Assembly (NCBI GenBank): GCA_048940925.1
Contig: JBHLOC010000001.1
Location: 1 to 64,000 of the forward strand
Source of the DNA: Promethearchaeota archaeon
Lineage (GTDB): Archaea > Asgardarchaeota > Lokiarchaeia > Sigyniarchaeales > SOKP01
DNA length: 64,000 nucleotides
Reading direction: 5' to 3'
Part shown: in pieces, positions 49,188-59,616 of the stretch
Position numbering within the stretch: the first letter of the stretch is position 1
Layout of the letters: the number at the start of each line of letters is the position of its first letter
Made by a program: the position numbers and the translations under genes
Notes under the pieces: generated by a model
What the model was told of the DNA's origin: nothing
The model's input: the letters and a program-made list of their open reading frames with translations, nothing else
The model's database searches: none

Positions 49188-50066
49188 TTACATCTTATAA
49201 AAATCTCTTATGATCCTGTTTACATTGCTTTCAACCTTGAATTTTCTATGAAAATAATTACATACATTTTTTATATCTCTTTTTAGAAGAGATTTAGCAT
49301 TAGGGTGATTAGTTGGTACCCATTGCAACCAATCGATGACTAATATATTCCCCTTCTCGTCTAAGATAATATTGAATTCACCCAAATCTCCATGAATCAT
49401 TTTTGCCTTTTGATAAATTTCTTTCATTTGTTTTATTATATTATTAAAAATTTTCAATGGATTTTTAATGTCTTTATAATAAACTAATTCTTTTCCTCTC
49501 AAATAAGACATAATAACAATATGTCTATTATAGGCTATAGGTTTTGGAGTATTCAGATTAAGTTCATAAATTTTTTCTAAGGCTTCAAATTCTTTTTTAG
49601 CTGCTAATCTATTTATATATAACCAAGACAGATGTCCTCTTTCACCTATGAGATCTCTCAAGTTTTTAATAGCTTTGAAACTGGTTCGGCCCATACGATA
49701 AATTTTTAATGCAAAAATGTTTTCATGATCATCCATACAACTATATACATCTGATTCTTTTCCCTTTCCTATTAAAGGTCCAAGTTGGCTTATAATGTTT
49801 TTTTCTACTAACGTGTGGAGTGCAAGCAAATCATATGCTTTTGAGTTAAGTGTATAAGCAATTTCATATTTTGAGGCATCTCTAATTATCAAATCTAGTT
49901 TGTGAACTTTATTTAAGCGAAATAAAGTCTCTTCCATTTTATATCTTGAATAAAATTTGATATTTTTTACGGTTACATATTCTGATCTCCTCATACCTAT
50001 TTCAATTGCCATTAATATCCTAAAATCTTCCTTTTCCAAGCTCGTGAGTAGTTTTGCTACTTCCAA
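49188..50066 (-). CDS. rio2: RIO2 family kinase
   Basis: N-terminal wHTH (DFRILMAIE.GMR), GKESDVY, HGDLGEFN and IDW motifs. Confidence 0.9.
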   Translation of the reverse strand: MEVAKLLTSLEKEDFRILMAIEIGMRRSEYVTVKNIKFYSRYKMEETLFRLNKVHKLDLIIRDASKYEIAYTLNSKAYDLLALHTLVEKNIISQLGPLIGKGKESDVYSCMDDHENIFALKIYRMGRTSFKAIKNLRDLIGERGHLSWLYINRLAAKKEFEALEKIYELNLNTPKPIAYNRHIVIMSYLRGKELVYYKDIKNPLKIFNNIIKQMKEIYQKAKMIHGDLGEFNIILDEKGNILVIDWLQWVPTNHPNAKSLLKRDIKNVCNYFHRKFKVESNVNRIIRDFYKM

Positions 50067-50091
50067 AATCCATTCAGTTAAAAAATTTAAT

Positions 50092-50874
50092 TTACATTAT
50101 AAATTTTCGATAAGTTTTCAGAAAAGATACAAATTTATATATATTTGGAATTTCGAAAATTAGGATTGCTATCAAGTTTAGAGATAAAAAGAAAAAGAGA
50201 TCTTCACGTGAAATCAAGTAATTATTTAAAGTTGATCCTTCCTGAAATAAGAAAAGAAATATGCCAAAATTTAAATAAAGAATTATCCCAATAGAAATAA
50301 TTAAACCAATTGTAGAAATAATAATGACTTGGGTTTCTAATTCGATTATACCTATTATTATATTAAAAACAAACAGAAATATCGTTATAGTGATTAATAT
50401 CTTAGAAATATTTATCCACATTTCATATAATGTATTACTTACTTCGTAATTCCCATTAGAAACTGGCCATAATAAAGATAAGCTCAAATTTGTAAACAAG
50501 ACTATTGGAAATATTATTACACCTAATAAAAAAATAAAATAAAAACGTATTGTTGATAATCGACTGAAAAAAAGTGGTTCTATTTTCTCATTTTTTGCAT
50601 AGTTCAACATAGATTTAAGCTTTTTTTCAATATTAGTTGGAATATCTTTTTTTAATACAACAAGTTGGAGATCCAAATTAGGATAATTAGAAAGTATTTC
50701 TCCAATTAATTCATGACCTTTTTTGGATTTTTCCTTTGAACTTTTAGGACCATTCCATAGATAAATTTTTTTATTTGTTTCGTCTAAAAATACACAAACA
50801 TCATGTAGAAGGAGACGTTGATCTTCTTCTGTCCAATTAGATTTAGATTCATTGAAGATGTATGTTTTAAGCAT
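50092..50874 (-). CDS. gelsolin-like domain fused to about four transmembrane helices
   Basis: DVCVFLDETNKKIYLWNGPKSS matches the gelsolin-repeat core; four hydrophobic segments follow. Confidence 0.65.
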   Translation of the reverse strand: MLKTYIFNESKSNWTEEDQRLLLHDVCVFLDETNKKIYLWNGPKSSKEKSKKGHELIGEILSNYPNLDLQLVVLKKDIPTNIEKKLKSMLNYAKNEKIEPLFFSRLSTIRFYFIFLLGVIIFPIVLFTNLSLSLLWPVSNGNYEVSNTLYEMWINISKILITITIFLFVFNIIIGIIELETQVIIISTIGLIISIGIILYLNFGIFLFLFQEGSTLNNYLISREDLFFFLSLNLIAILIFEIPNIYKFVSFLKTYRKFIM

Positions 50875-50989
50875 AAATTCTCTATTTATCTTAACTAAAA
50901 TTACTTTTTATTCTTTTCTATACAATGTAAGTAATTAAAAAATTGTTAAAAAGTTATAAATCTATAGTATAAGTATTAGACTCTCAATA

Positions 50990-51889
50990 TTATTTATTTT
51001 CAAGTCTTTGCTTTATTTCACTCCATAACTTATTAATATATTCTTCATAGAGTATTACAGTTTTATCATCTACAGATCTAAATCTTTTTTGAGCGTTTAG
51101 ATACTCTTTAATTGGTGTTCTTTTTGATTGATCCAAATATCTATTACTTGACTTGGATAAAACGAAATTTCCATTTATAACCTCATATAGAGGCCAAAAA
51201 CCAGTTTGAGTAGCCAGTCTACCTATGAGGATTGTATCTTTTGGCTCATATCCCCACCCGGGTGGACAAGGAGAAAGTATATGGATATATTTAGTACCTT
51301 TAATAGTCTTTGCTATTTTGAATTTTTCATATAAATCAAGCGGGTAAGCAGCATTTGCAGTGGCAACATAAGGAATTCCATGGGCTTCTAAAATTTTAGG
51401 CATATTTTTCTTTTGAACCACTTTTCCCGTAGGTGTTGTAGTTGTTTGGACTCCAAGTGGTGTTGAACTACTTCTCTGAACACCAGTATTCATATAAGCT
51501 TCGTTATCATAGCAAGCATATATGAAGTTAGTTCCTCTCTCTGCGGCACCACTAAGAGCTTGGATGCCTATATCTGCAGTCCCACCATCTCCCGCAAATG
51601 CAACAACAGTTATCTTATCTGCTAAATTTTTCTCCTCTAATGATGCTAAGATTCCAGATGCTGATGCGCCTGTAGTTGCGAAGGGTGTATGATAAACAGA
51701 AACTTTAGTGGTACAAAAACCTTGCATACCATGAAGAACAGTTAAGCAAGATGCAGGAACGGTTATAATAGTGTTTGCACCCAGAGCTTTTAGAGCTATT
51801 CTATATATTAGTGCCATTCCACAACCAGCACAAGCACGTGTGCCTGGATATATATATTCTTTTTCAGGAATTTCCATCACATTTACCAT
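50990..51889 (-). CDS. porB: pyruvate/2-oxoacid:ferredoxin oxidoreductase beta subunit
   Basis: ACAGCG, GDGGT.DIG, DNEAYMNTG.Q and PCPPGW motifs. Confidence 0.92.
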   Translation of the reverse strand: MVNVMEIPEKEYIYPGTRACAGCGMALIYRIALKALGANTIITVPASCLTVLHGMQGFCTTKVSVYHTPFATTGASASGILASLEEKNLADKITVVAFAGDGGTADIGIQALSGAAERGTNFIYACYDNEAYMNTGVQRSSSTPLGVQTTTTPTGKVVQKKNMPKILEAHGIPYVATANAAYPLDLYEKFKIAKTIKGTKYIHILSPCPPGWGYEPKDTILIGRLATQTGFWPLYEVINGNFVLSKSSNRYLDQSKRTPIKEYLNAQKRFRSVDDKTVILYEEYINKLWSEIKQRLENK

Positions 51890-51895
51890 TGTTTT

Positions 51896-53188
51896 TCACC
51901 TTTCTTCAAAATAAGTTTTTTCATTATAATCTTGTATTTCTTCCAATCTTAATCCTAAAAATTCTGTCTTGTTAGTGAAAATTCCTTTTTTAAAATCCTC
52001 TAAAGCTCGATGAACACCAGTAACTATATGTTTAGTTTTTACATCTCTTCCGCCTAATCCAACAATAAATCCCTTAACATTTGGATTATTCTTTAATCCA
52101 TAAAGAGCAGCTTTCAATTCATAAGATAAAACACCCTCATAGCCATATCCAATATCTCTGTCAAAAACTACTATATTTTCCTTATCCTTGAAAAACTCTC
52201 TTAACTCCTCTGATGGGTATGGTCTAAAAAGTTTCAAGCTTACTAATCCCACCTTTAATCCTTCTTCTCTAAGTTTTTTTACAGCTATTCTAGATTGAGA
52301 TGCAACAGATCCCATACCAAAAATTATTGTATCAGCATCTTCTGTATCAAATGCCTTATAAACTCCATTCCCATAAGATCTATGAAATTTTTGTGCAAAT
52401 TCATCATGAACTTCTTTAATTATATTGATTGAATTTTCTAATGATTTTTGCAAAGCATATCTATATTCATAGTATCCTGGAGCAGTTCCCTCTTCACGTT
52501 TGATAATATTTGGTGTTGTAACAGGATCAATTCCTTTAACTGTTGAAAGATCTGATAAATTAATATGATGGTTAAGTGGTGGTAAAAATTCATCTATATT
52601 TTTTTGATTTTCTAATTTTACAGGCATAACTGTATGAGATAGTATATATCCGTCATATGCTACAACTGCAGGTAAAGAAACACGCTGATCCTCAGCAATT
52701 CTAAAAGCTTGAATGTTTGTATCATAAATTTCTTGATTATTTTCGCACATGAATTGTATCCAACCCACATCTCTAATTGTTATAAAATCTGAATGGTCTG
52801 TCCAAACCGACCAAGGAGCTCCAAGAGATCTTGTGGCTAGATTTATAACTAATGGTAATCTATTTCCCGCTGCCCATGGTAACATTTCATACATTAATTC
52901 TAATCCATGAGCAGAGGTTGCTGTGCCGACTCTAGATCCTGTTGCAGAAGCAGCACAGCATACAGCAAGAGCAGAATGTTCTGATTCAACCATTACAAAT
53001 CTGGCATTTAATTTACCTTTTGCGATAAATTCAGCAATTTTTTCAACTACAGGACTTTGTGGTGTTATTGGATAAGCAGAAACAACACCGACTTTTGCTT
53101 GTCTAAAAGCATGTGCAGCAGCATGATTTCCTGTTAAAATTTTAACATTTTCATTAACCAACGCCTTTTTATTTTCTGTAATACTCAT
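51896..53188 (-). CDS. porA: pyruvate/2-oxoacid:ferredoxin oxidoreductase alpha subunit
   Basis: YPITPQ, ESEHSA and GLGGRD motifs. Confidence 0.92.
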   Translation of the reverse strand: MSITENKKALVNENVKILTGNHAAAHAFRQAKVGVVSAYPITPQSPVVEKIAEFIAKGKLNARFVMVESEHSALAVCCAASATGSRVGTATSAHGLELMYEMLPWAAGNRLPLVINLATRSLGAPWSVWTDHSDFITIRDVGWIQFMCENNQEIYDTNIQAFRIAEDQRVSLPAVVAYDGYILSHTVMPVKLENQKNIDEFLPPLNHHINLSDLSTVKGIDPVTTPNIIKREEGTAPGYYEYRYALQKSLENSINIIKEVHDEFAQKFHRSYGNGVYKAFDTEDADTIIFGMGSVASQSRIAVKKLREEGLKVGLVSLKLFRPYPSEELREFFKDKENIVVFDRDIGYGYEGVLSYELKAALYGLKNNPNVKGFIVGLGGRDVKTKHIVTGVHRALEDFKKGIFTNKTEFLGLRLEEIQDYNEKTYFEER

Positions 53189-53484
53189 TCAAACTTCACC
53201 TCTTCCATTGAGATTGCTTTCACAGGACATTCCTCCATGCATATACCACAACCCTTACAATATTTATAATCTATATTAGGTGGAATAGATCTAGTAATTA
53301 CGGCTTCAGGACAATATAACCAACAATTGAAACAACTTGGTTTTCCAGACTTAACAGGAATACATTTATTTAAATCTATCTTAGGTTTTTTAGAACTCCA
53401 GGTTCCAGTTTTGCCAGCTTCACCGATCACTGGTTTTTGAACTGAACCTAAAATTTTTTGATAATATTTTTTTGAGTCTGTCAT
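53185..53484 (-). CDS. porD: 2-oxoacid:ferredoxin oxidoreductase delta subunit
   Basis: TGTW...P, CWLYCPE and YCKGCGICMEECP motifs. Confidence 0.9.
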   Translation of the reverse strand: MTDSKKYYQKILGSVQKPVIGEAGKTGTWSSKKPKIDLNKCIPVKSGKPSCFNCWLYCPEAVITRSIPPNIDYKYCKGCGICMEECPVKAISMEEVKFE

Positions 53485-53770
53485 TAAAATATCAAAATTA
53501 GTATTAATTAAGGTTCTTGTGTAAAATCAAACGCAGATAAGTTTTTATTTCTTACCATTAAAAAAATAAAGATATTAGCGAGAATTTTATTAAATTAAGA
53601 GGTTTAAGAAAATTGACTATGAATTTTTTAAAAATTTATAATGGAATAGAGTATAACTCTTTGTAAATAAAAGTTAAATAGTTTATATTTCATTATTGTG
53701 TTAAAAAAAAAATTGAGTTCTTCATTAGGATAAGTACTTTTATAGAGTAAGAGATTTTTAAACAAAATAG

Positions 53771-56065
53771 TTGGCTAAAGGAAAAAAAGTGGAGTTTTCT
53801 GAAAATAAATTTATACAAATAATAGATACAATAAAAGAATGTTATTTTGAAGTTGATTTAAAAGGTAATTTTACTTACTTTAATGATTCATTATGTAAGC
53901 TTACTGGATATTCCAAAGAAGAGTTATTAGGATTAAATTACAAATATCTTACAGATGAAGAAAATAGAAAAAAGATTTTTGAAGGATTTAAGCGTGTTTT
54001 TCAGACTGGAAAGCCCTTAACAGATTTTCAATATCAATTCATAAATCATAAGGGAGATAAAATAATTGGTGAAACTTCTGTATATTTAAAATATGATTCT
54101 AAGGGAAATAAAATTGGTTTTTATGGCTTATTTCGTGATATTACTAAAAGAAAGGAACAAGAAAAACAATTTAAAGAAGAAATAGCACAATTAGTTGATT
54201 TAAGAACTCAAGAGTTAAGAAAGTCCGAGGAAAAATATAGTAATCTTTTTCATCATTCAAATAATGCTATTTTTATTCATGATCTTGAAGGAAATATCAT
54301 AGATGTAAATCAAAAAGCATTAGATCAATTTGGTTATACTAAATCAGAGATTCTGTCATTAAAAATATCACAACTTCATCCTGAATCAGAAATTGAAAAC
54401 TCTAAAAAAGCATTTAATGAGATTTCTAAATCAGGAGTTATAAGATTTGAAATCAGTTTTAAAAAGAAAAATGGTAAAGTATTTTTAGCCGAAGTCTCTT
54501 CTAGTTTGTTTGATATTGGGGGGAAGCAAGTTATCCAAGGGATAGTTCGCGATATTACTACCCGTGTGTTAGCAGAAAAAATGATAAGAAAATCGGAAGA
54601 AAAGTATAGAAATATCATAAATAATTTAGATATGGGATTTTATCAAGTAAACTGGGAGGGGGAGTTATTAAATTATAATCCCGCATTTTGTGAATTATTA
54701 GGTTTTGATATATCTGAGAATTTAACAAATAGAGATGTAAATGATTTTTGGCAAAATCCTGAAGAAAGAAAAGTTTATTTAAATGAGATAAAAGAAAAAG
54801 GTTTTGTAAAGAATTATCTGGTTCATGCAATAAATAGAAATGGTAAAAAGTTAGTGTTTCAAATAAATTCTCATATATTGGAAGCAAATAAGGAAAATTC
54901 AGTCATTATTCAGGGATTAATTTCAGATATTACAGAAAAATTTGAGTTAGAACAAAAGTTAAAAGAATCTGAGGAACGGTATCGAAATTTGATTGAATCC
55001 GTTCCATTTTCGATTGTATTAATTGACCAGCAAGGTAAGTTAATTTATTGTAATCCTACTGTTGAAAAAATGCTGGGTTATAGTAGTGATGAATTGATCG
55101 GTAGGGAATTTAAAGATCTAACAACACTTCATCCAAAATATATCCCTACAATGCTAAAACGCTTTAATAAGGTTTTAAAAGGTGAAATGTTACCTCCACT
55201 AGATATTGAATTATATAGGAAGGATGGTAGTTTAATTTGGATGAGATATCAATCATCTTTAGTTAAATTAGGTGATACTGTCTTAATTCAAACAATTTTA
55301 AACGACATTTCAGAACAAAAACGGGCAGATCTTCTCATTGCAGAGGAGATTCAAAAATTAAAAGAATTAGATCAAATAAGAAAAGATCTCATTTCCAGAG
55401 TTTCCCATGAATTAAAAACTCCTCTTGTTTCAGTTTGTGGAGCATCTGAGCTTCTTCTAGATATGTTTAAAGCCCAATTTAATACGGAAGCAAAAGAACT
55501 AATTGAAATGATTGAAAAAGGTGGCACAAGGTTAAAATATCTCGTTGATAATTTACTTGATATAACTCGAATTGAATATAGAAAGTTTAAATTAGAAAAA
55601 GAGCGATATGATTTAAGTAAGATTATTAAAGAATGTGTTAATGAGCTGATGTATCTAGTTCGAAAGCGATGTTTGATTCTAAAGCTTGATCTACCCAATG
55701 AGATGCATGTAAAACTAGATAAAATAAGAATGGAACAGGTAGTTCTAAACCTATTATCAAATGCCATAAAAAATACTCCCCCCAATGGAACTATAAAAAT
55801 AATTTTAAAAAAATTGGATAATTGGGCTGTATTTTATGTAATCGATTCAGGAATAGGTTTTACAAGTGATGAAATGGATATAATTTTTACTCGGTTTGGA
55901 AAAATTGAAAGATATGGAGAGGGACTAGAATATATAGATATCCAAGGTTCTGGTTTGGGATTATATATATCAAAGGAAATTATAGATTTACATGAGGGTA
56001 AAATTTGGGCTGAATCTGAGGGAAGAAACAAAGGAAGCACATTTATAGTAAAATTACCATTTTGA
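53771..56065 (+). CDS. multi-PAS sensor histidine kinase
   Basis: About four PAS repeats, SHELKTPL, NLLSNAIK, DSGIG and GSGLGL. No TM segment. Confidence 0.93.
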   Translation: MAKGKKVEFSENKFIQIIDTIKECYFEVDLKGNFTYFNDSLCKLTGYSKEELLGLNYKYLTDEENRKKIFEGFKRVFQTGKPLTDFQYQFINHKGDKIIGETSVYLKYDSKGNKIGFYGLFRDITKRKEQEKQFKEEIAQLVDLRTQELRKSEEKYSNLFHHSNNAIFIHDLEGNIIDVNQKALDQFGYTKSEILSLKISQLHPESEIENSKKAFNEISKSGVIRFEISFKKKNGKVFLAEVSSSLFDIGGKQVIQGIVRDITTRVLAEKMIRKSEEKYRNIINNLDMGFYQVNWEGELLNYNPAFCELLGFDISENLTNRDVNDFWQNPEERKVYLNEIKEKGFVKNYLVHAINRNGKKLVFQINSHILEANKENSVIIQGLISDITEKFELEQKLKESEERYRNLIESVPFSIVLIDQQGKLIYCNPTVEKMLGYSSDELIGREFKDLTTLHPKYIPTMLKRFNKVLKGEMLPPLDIELYRKDGSLIWMRYQSSLVKLGDTVLIQTILNDISEQKRADLLIAEEIQKLKELDQIRKDLISRVSHELKTPLVSVCGASELLLDMFKAQFNTEAKELIEMIEKGGTRLKYLVDNLLDITRIEYRKFKLEKERYDLSKIIKECVNELMYLVRKRCLILKLDLPNEMHVKLDKIRMEQVVLNLLSNAIKNTPPNGTIKIILKKLDNWAVFYVIDSGIGFTSDEMDIIFTRFGKIERYGEGLEYIDIQGSGLGLYISKEIIDLHEGKIWAESEGRNKGSTFIVKLPF

Positions 56066-56233
56066 AAGAAATTATTGAAATGAATTTTTTTCATGTCATT
56101 CTTAGATTTTTTAAAAATAAATCAAAGAATGAAATGTGAGGTTAGAAGGAACAAATATATAGTGGAAATTTCCATGTTTTTTTTAGAAATGATTGGGTAT
56201 TTGAATTAAGAATAAAGCTTTGAGGTTATAATA

Positions 56234-58840
56234 GTGGAATATAATAGACAAGTGATAAGAGAAAAATTTGATATTTTATTTGAACAGTCATTAGATTTAA
56301 TTTATGTGAATGATTTAAAAGGTAATTTTCTGGATGCGAATGATATTGCCTTGATTTCGTTAGGTTATGAAAGAGAAGATATACCAGAACTCAGATTTGT
56401 AGACTTGGTTGAAGGTGATGAGCTAGAGAAAGCTTTCAGTGCTTTGAAAGAAATATTAAAGTCGGGTAAACAATCCAAACGTAGAGAATTTAAATTAAAG
56501 ACAAAAAATGGTAATTATTTATATATAGACACTTATGCTATTCCATTGAAAAGAAATGGTGAAATATATGCAGTCTTAGGCATAGGTAAAAATATTACAG
56601 ATCGCATAAAAGCAGAACAAAAATTAAAAGAATCTGAGGAATTATTTAGAGCACTTTATAAAGAAGGCCCAATCGCTACTTATACATGGCAAAAATTTGA
56701 GAATGATTTTGTTTTTATCAATTTTAATAATGCTGCTGAAAAAATAACTCAAGGGAATGTTGTAAGCTTGTTAGGTCATAGAGCAACTGAAATGTATAAG
56801 GATAGACCAGATATTTTAGAAGATTTACATCAATGCTTTAACCAAAAAATTAATATAACGAGAGAGATGAAATATAAATTTCAATTATCTAATGAATATA
56901 AATACCTTTTAGTAAATTATGGTTATGTTAGACCTAATCTGGTTATAGTTCAAACAGAGGATATCACAGAAAAAAAGAAAGCAGAAGAAAATTATAGGAA
57001 CCTAGTGGAAAATGCTCAGGAAGGTGTTTGGGCAGTAGATGAAAATAATGATACTATCTTCGTTAATCCAAAAATATGCGAAATGCTTGGATATTCTAAA
57101 GATGAGATGATGGGTAAAAATTTAGATTTATTTTTAGATGAGACAATGCTCAAATTGACCAAAACTTATCGAAAACGTAGGGTAAAAGGTTTGAAAGACA
57201 CTTATGACCTTGATTTCATAAAAAAAGACGGATCTGTAATATACACAAGTATAAAAGCAGCTCCAATTTTAGGAGAAAATGGAGATTTTATGGGTTCTTT
57301 TGCATACATTAATGATATTACAAATAAAAAATTAACTGAGCAAAAACTAAAAGAATCTGAAGAAAAATTTAGAAATATTGCTGAACAATCATTATTAGGA
57401 ATAGCTATCTTACAAGATGGGAAATTTAAATATGTCAATGAAAGATTTGCCAGTATTGCAGGGCGATCAGTTGAAGAGTTGAAAGATTGGGGACCAGGAG
57501 AATTTCTTAACACTATTCATCCTGAAGATAGAAAAATGGTTGCTGAACAATCAATGAAAAAACAAAGAGGGGAAAGTGATGCCATTACATGTTACCAATT
57601 TAGAGGTTTTAAAAAAACGGGAGAAATAGTTCATGGAGAGACTTTTTCAAAAACTATAAATTATCAAGGAAGGCCTGCAGATTTTATTACAATTATTGAT
57701 ATTACTGATAAAGTGGAAGCAGAGAGAAAGCTTTTAGAATCTGAAAAAAAATACCGCTTCTTTTTTGAGAATACTCCATTTTCTGTTGTTTTGATAAATT
57801 CTAAAGGAAGAATTATAGAGTGCAATCCAACAACAGAATTAATGTTTGGCTATTCGAAAGAAGATTTAGAAGGTAAGAAATTTCATAAAATCTCAGTAAT
57901 ACATCCAGATTATTTACCAACTATAATGGAACTTTTCCAAAAGTTTATAAAAGGAGAGAGAGTTCATCGTATTGATCTACTTATGTATAAAAAAGATCAA
58001 AGTCTAATTTGGGTAAATCTACAGGCTTCTTTAGTTAAGTTAGAAGATGAATATTATGTTCAAGCTCTATTTACCGATATTACAAGACGAAAGGAAGCAG
58101 AATACCTTTTTAATGAAGAAATTACAAAATTGAAGGAGCTTGATCATATTAGAAAAAATCTAATATCTAGAGTAGCGCATGAATTAAAAACTCCTCTGGC
58201 AACTGTTTGCGGAGGCGCAGAACTTTTTTCAAGCCTTTATAAAAAAAAAATAGAAAATGAACAATTTGAATTAATCAAATTAATTGAGAAAGGAGGAGAG
58301 AGATTAAAATATCTAGTTGACAACCTTATTGACATATCCAGAATAGAATATGAGAAATTCAAGTTAAAAACACAATATTGTGATTTATCTGAAGTACTTA
58401 GAGAATCTTCTAAGGAGATGATGCACTTTACAAAAGAAAGGATTATTACTCTCAGTTTAGCTCTTCCAGACACATTATTTTTAAACATTGATAAAATTAG
58501 AATCGAGCAAGTATTATTGAATTTATTATCAAATGCCATAAAAAATACACCTCCAAAAGGCAATATTGATGTTAAACTGGAAAAAAGTGATAATTGGGCT
58601 ATTATCTCAGTAAGCGATACAGGAGTAGGGTTAACAAAAGAAGAGATGGAAATCCTTTTCACTAGATTTGGAAAAATAGAACGATATGGAGATGGTTTAG
58701 AATATATAGATATTCAAGGATCAGGACTTGGATTATTTATATCAAAAGAAATAGTAGATTTACATGGAGGTAATATAAGAGCAGAATCGGAAGGCAGAAA
58801 TAAGGGTAGTACCTTTATTGTAAAATTACCAGTTAATTAA
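56234..58840 (+). CDS. multi-PAS sensor histidine kinase (paralogue of the preceding gene)
   Basis: About five PAS repeats, AHELKTPL, NLLSNAIK and GSGLGL. Kinase domain closely matches the neighbour. Confidence 0.93.
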   Translation: MEYNRQVIREKFDILFEQSLDLIYVNDLKGNFLDANDIALISLGYEREDIPELRFVDLVEGDELEKAFSALKEILKSGKQSKRREFKLKTKNGNYLYIDTYAIPLKRNGEIYAVLGIGKNITDRIKAEQKLKESEELFRALYKEGPIATYTWQKFENDFVFINFNNAAEKITQGNVVSLLGHRATEMYKDRPDILEDLHQCFNQKINITREMKYKFQLSNEYKYLLVNYGYVRPNLVIVQTEDITEKKKAEENYRNLVENAQEGVWAVDENNDTIFVNPKICEMLGYSKDEMMGKNLDLFLDETMLKLTKTYRKRRVKGLKDTYDLDFIKKDGSVIYTSIKAAPILGENGDFMGSFAYINDITNKKLTEQKLKESEEKFRNIAEQSLLGIAILQDGKFKYVNERFASIAGRSVEELKDWGPGEFLNTIHPEDRKMVAEQSMKKQRGESDAITCYQFRGFKKTGEIVHGETFSKTINYQGRPADFITIIDITDKVEAERKLLESEKKYRFFFENTPFSVVLINSKGRIIECNPTTELMFGYSKEDLEGKKFHKISVIHPDYLPTIMELFQKFIKGERVHRIDLLMYKKDQSLIWVNLQASLVKLEDEYYVQALFTDITRRKEAEYLFNEEITKLKELDHIRKNLISRVAHELKTPLATVCGGAELFSSLYKKKIENEQFELIKLIEKGGERLKYLVDNLIDISRIEYEKFKLKTQYCDLSEVLRESSKEMMHFTKERIITLSLALPDTLFLNIDKIRIEQVLLNLLSNAIKNTPPKGNIDVKLEKSDNWAIISVSDTGVGLTKEEMEILFTRFGKIERYGDGLEYIDIQGSGLGLFISKEIVDLHGGNIRAESEGRNKGSTFIVKLPVN

Positions 58841-58861
58841 TCAGATTATATTTAAGGGATA

Positions 58862-59449
58862 TCATAATATTTTAGCTAAATTATATCCTTGCTCAATCAA
58901 ATCATAATTAAGTTTTCCTAATTTTTCACCCATACGTTTATATAAAACCATTTTTAAATTTTCTAAATATAAATCTGGAAGTGCTTTTGAAAGTAAGCCT
59001 AGAATAGGTGTATTAATTACTGGATTTCCATCAATCGTTAAATTCTTCTCTATTGCCAAAGTACTTATATCTGCTACAACAATTTTGATCTCATCACTTA
59101 AATTATATTTATTAATAAAAAATTCAGGATCTTTTTCAGAGTTGATAATAAAAATGCCATTTTTCTTAAGTGAAGATACAATCTCCTGGTTTAAGACTGA
59201 CTCATCAAATATGATTAGGACATTTGGTTTTTCTATTTGAGCTCTATCCCATATTGTATCAGTTCTAGAGAGCCTGGCGTAAGCTTGAACGGGAGCACCT
59301 CTTCTCTCTGCTCCAAATGAGGGATATGCATGTACATCAACAAAATTACCACTTAAATAGGCTGCTTCAGCAATAATTTCACAAGCTGTTACAGCACCTT
59401 GTCCTCCTCGACCGTGGATAATAATTTCAATATTTTCTGTTTCATCCAT
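58862..59449 (-). CDS. porG: 2-oxoacid:ferredoxin oxidoreductase gamma subunit
   Basis: HGRGGQGAVT and FGAERRGAPV motifs. Confidence 0.92.
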   Translation of the reverse strand: MDETENIEIIIHGRGGQGAVTACEIIAEAAYLSGNFVDVHAYPSFGAERRGAPVQAYARLSRTDTIWDRAQIEKPNVLIIFDESVLNQEIVSSLKKNGIFIINSEKDPEFFINKYNLSDEIKIVVADISTLAIEKNLTIDGNPVINTPILGLLSKALPDLYLENLKMVLYKRMGEKLGKLNYDLIEQGYNLAKIL

Positions 59450-59616
59450 CTAAAAAACCTATGAAATTTGGACAAATATTATTTAATATGAAGTATATCG
59501 ATTAATATAAAATTTTTTTAAGTTTAAGCTCCAAAATCTCTTCAAGCAATAATAATAAAAAAGAAATGATTTTATTAATAATAATTAATCTGAAAAGTTT
59601 AGATTTTTTAATTTGA

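Noticed and set aside
54376-58662. Minus-strand ORFs inside the two kinases, including two similar to each other
   Set aside because: Shadow ORFs whose similarity simply mirrors the paralogous kinase domains.
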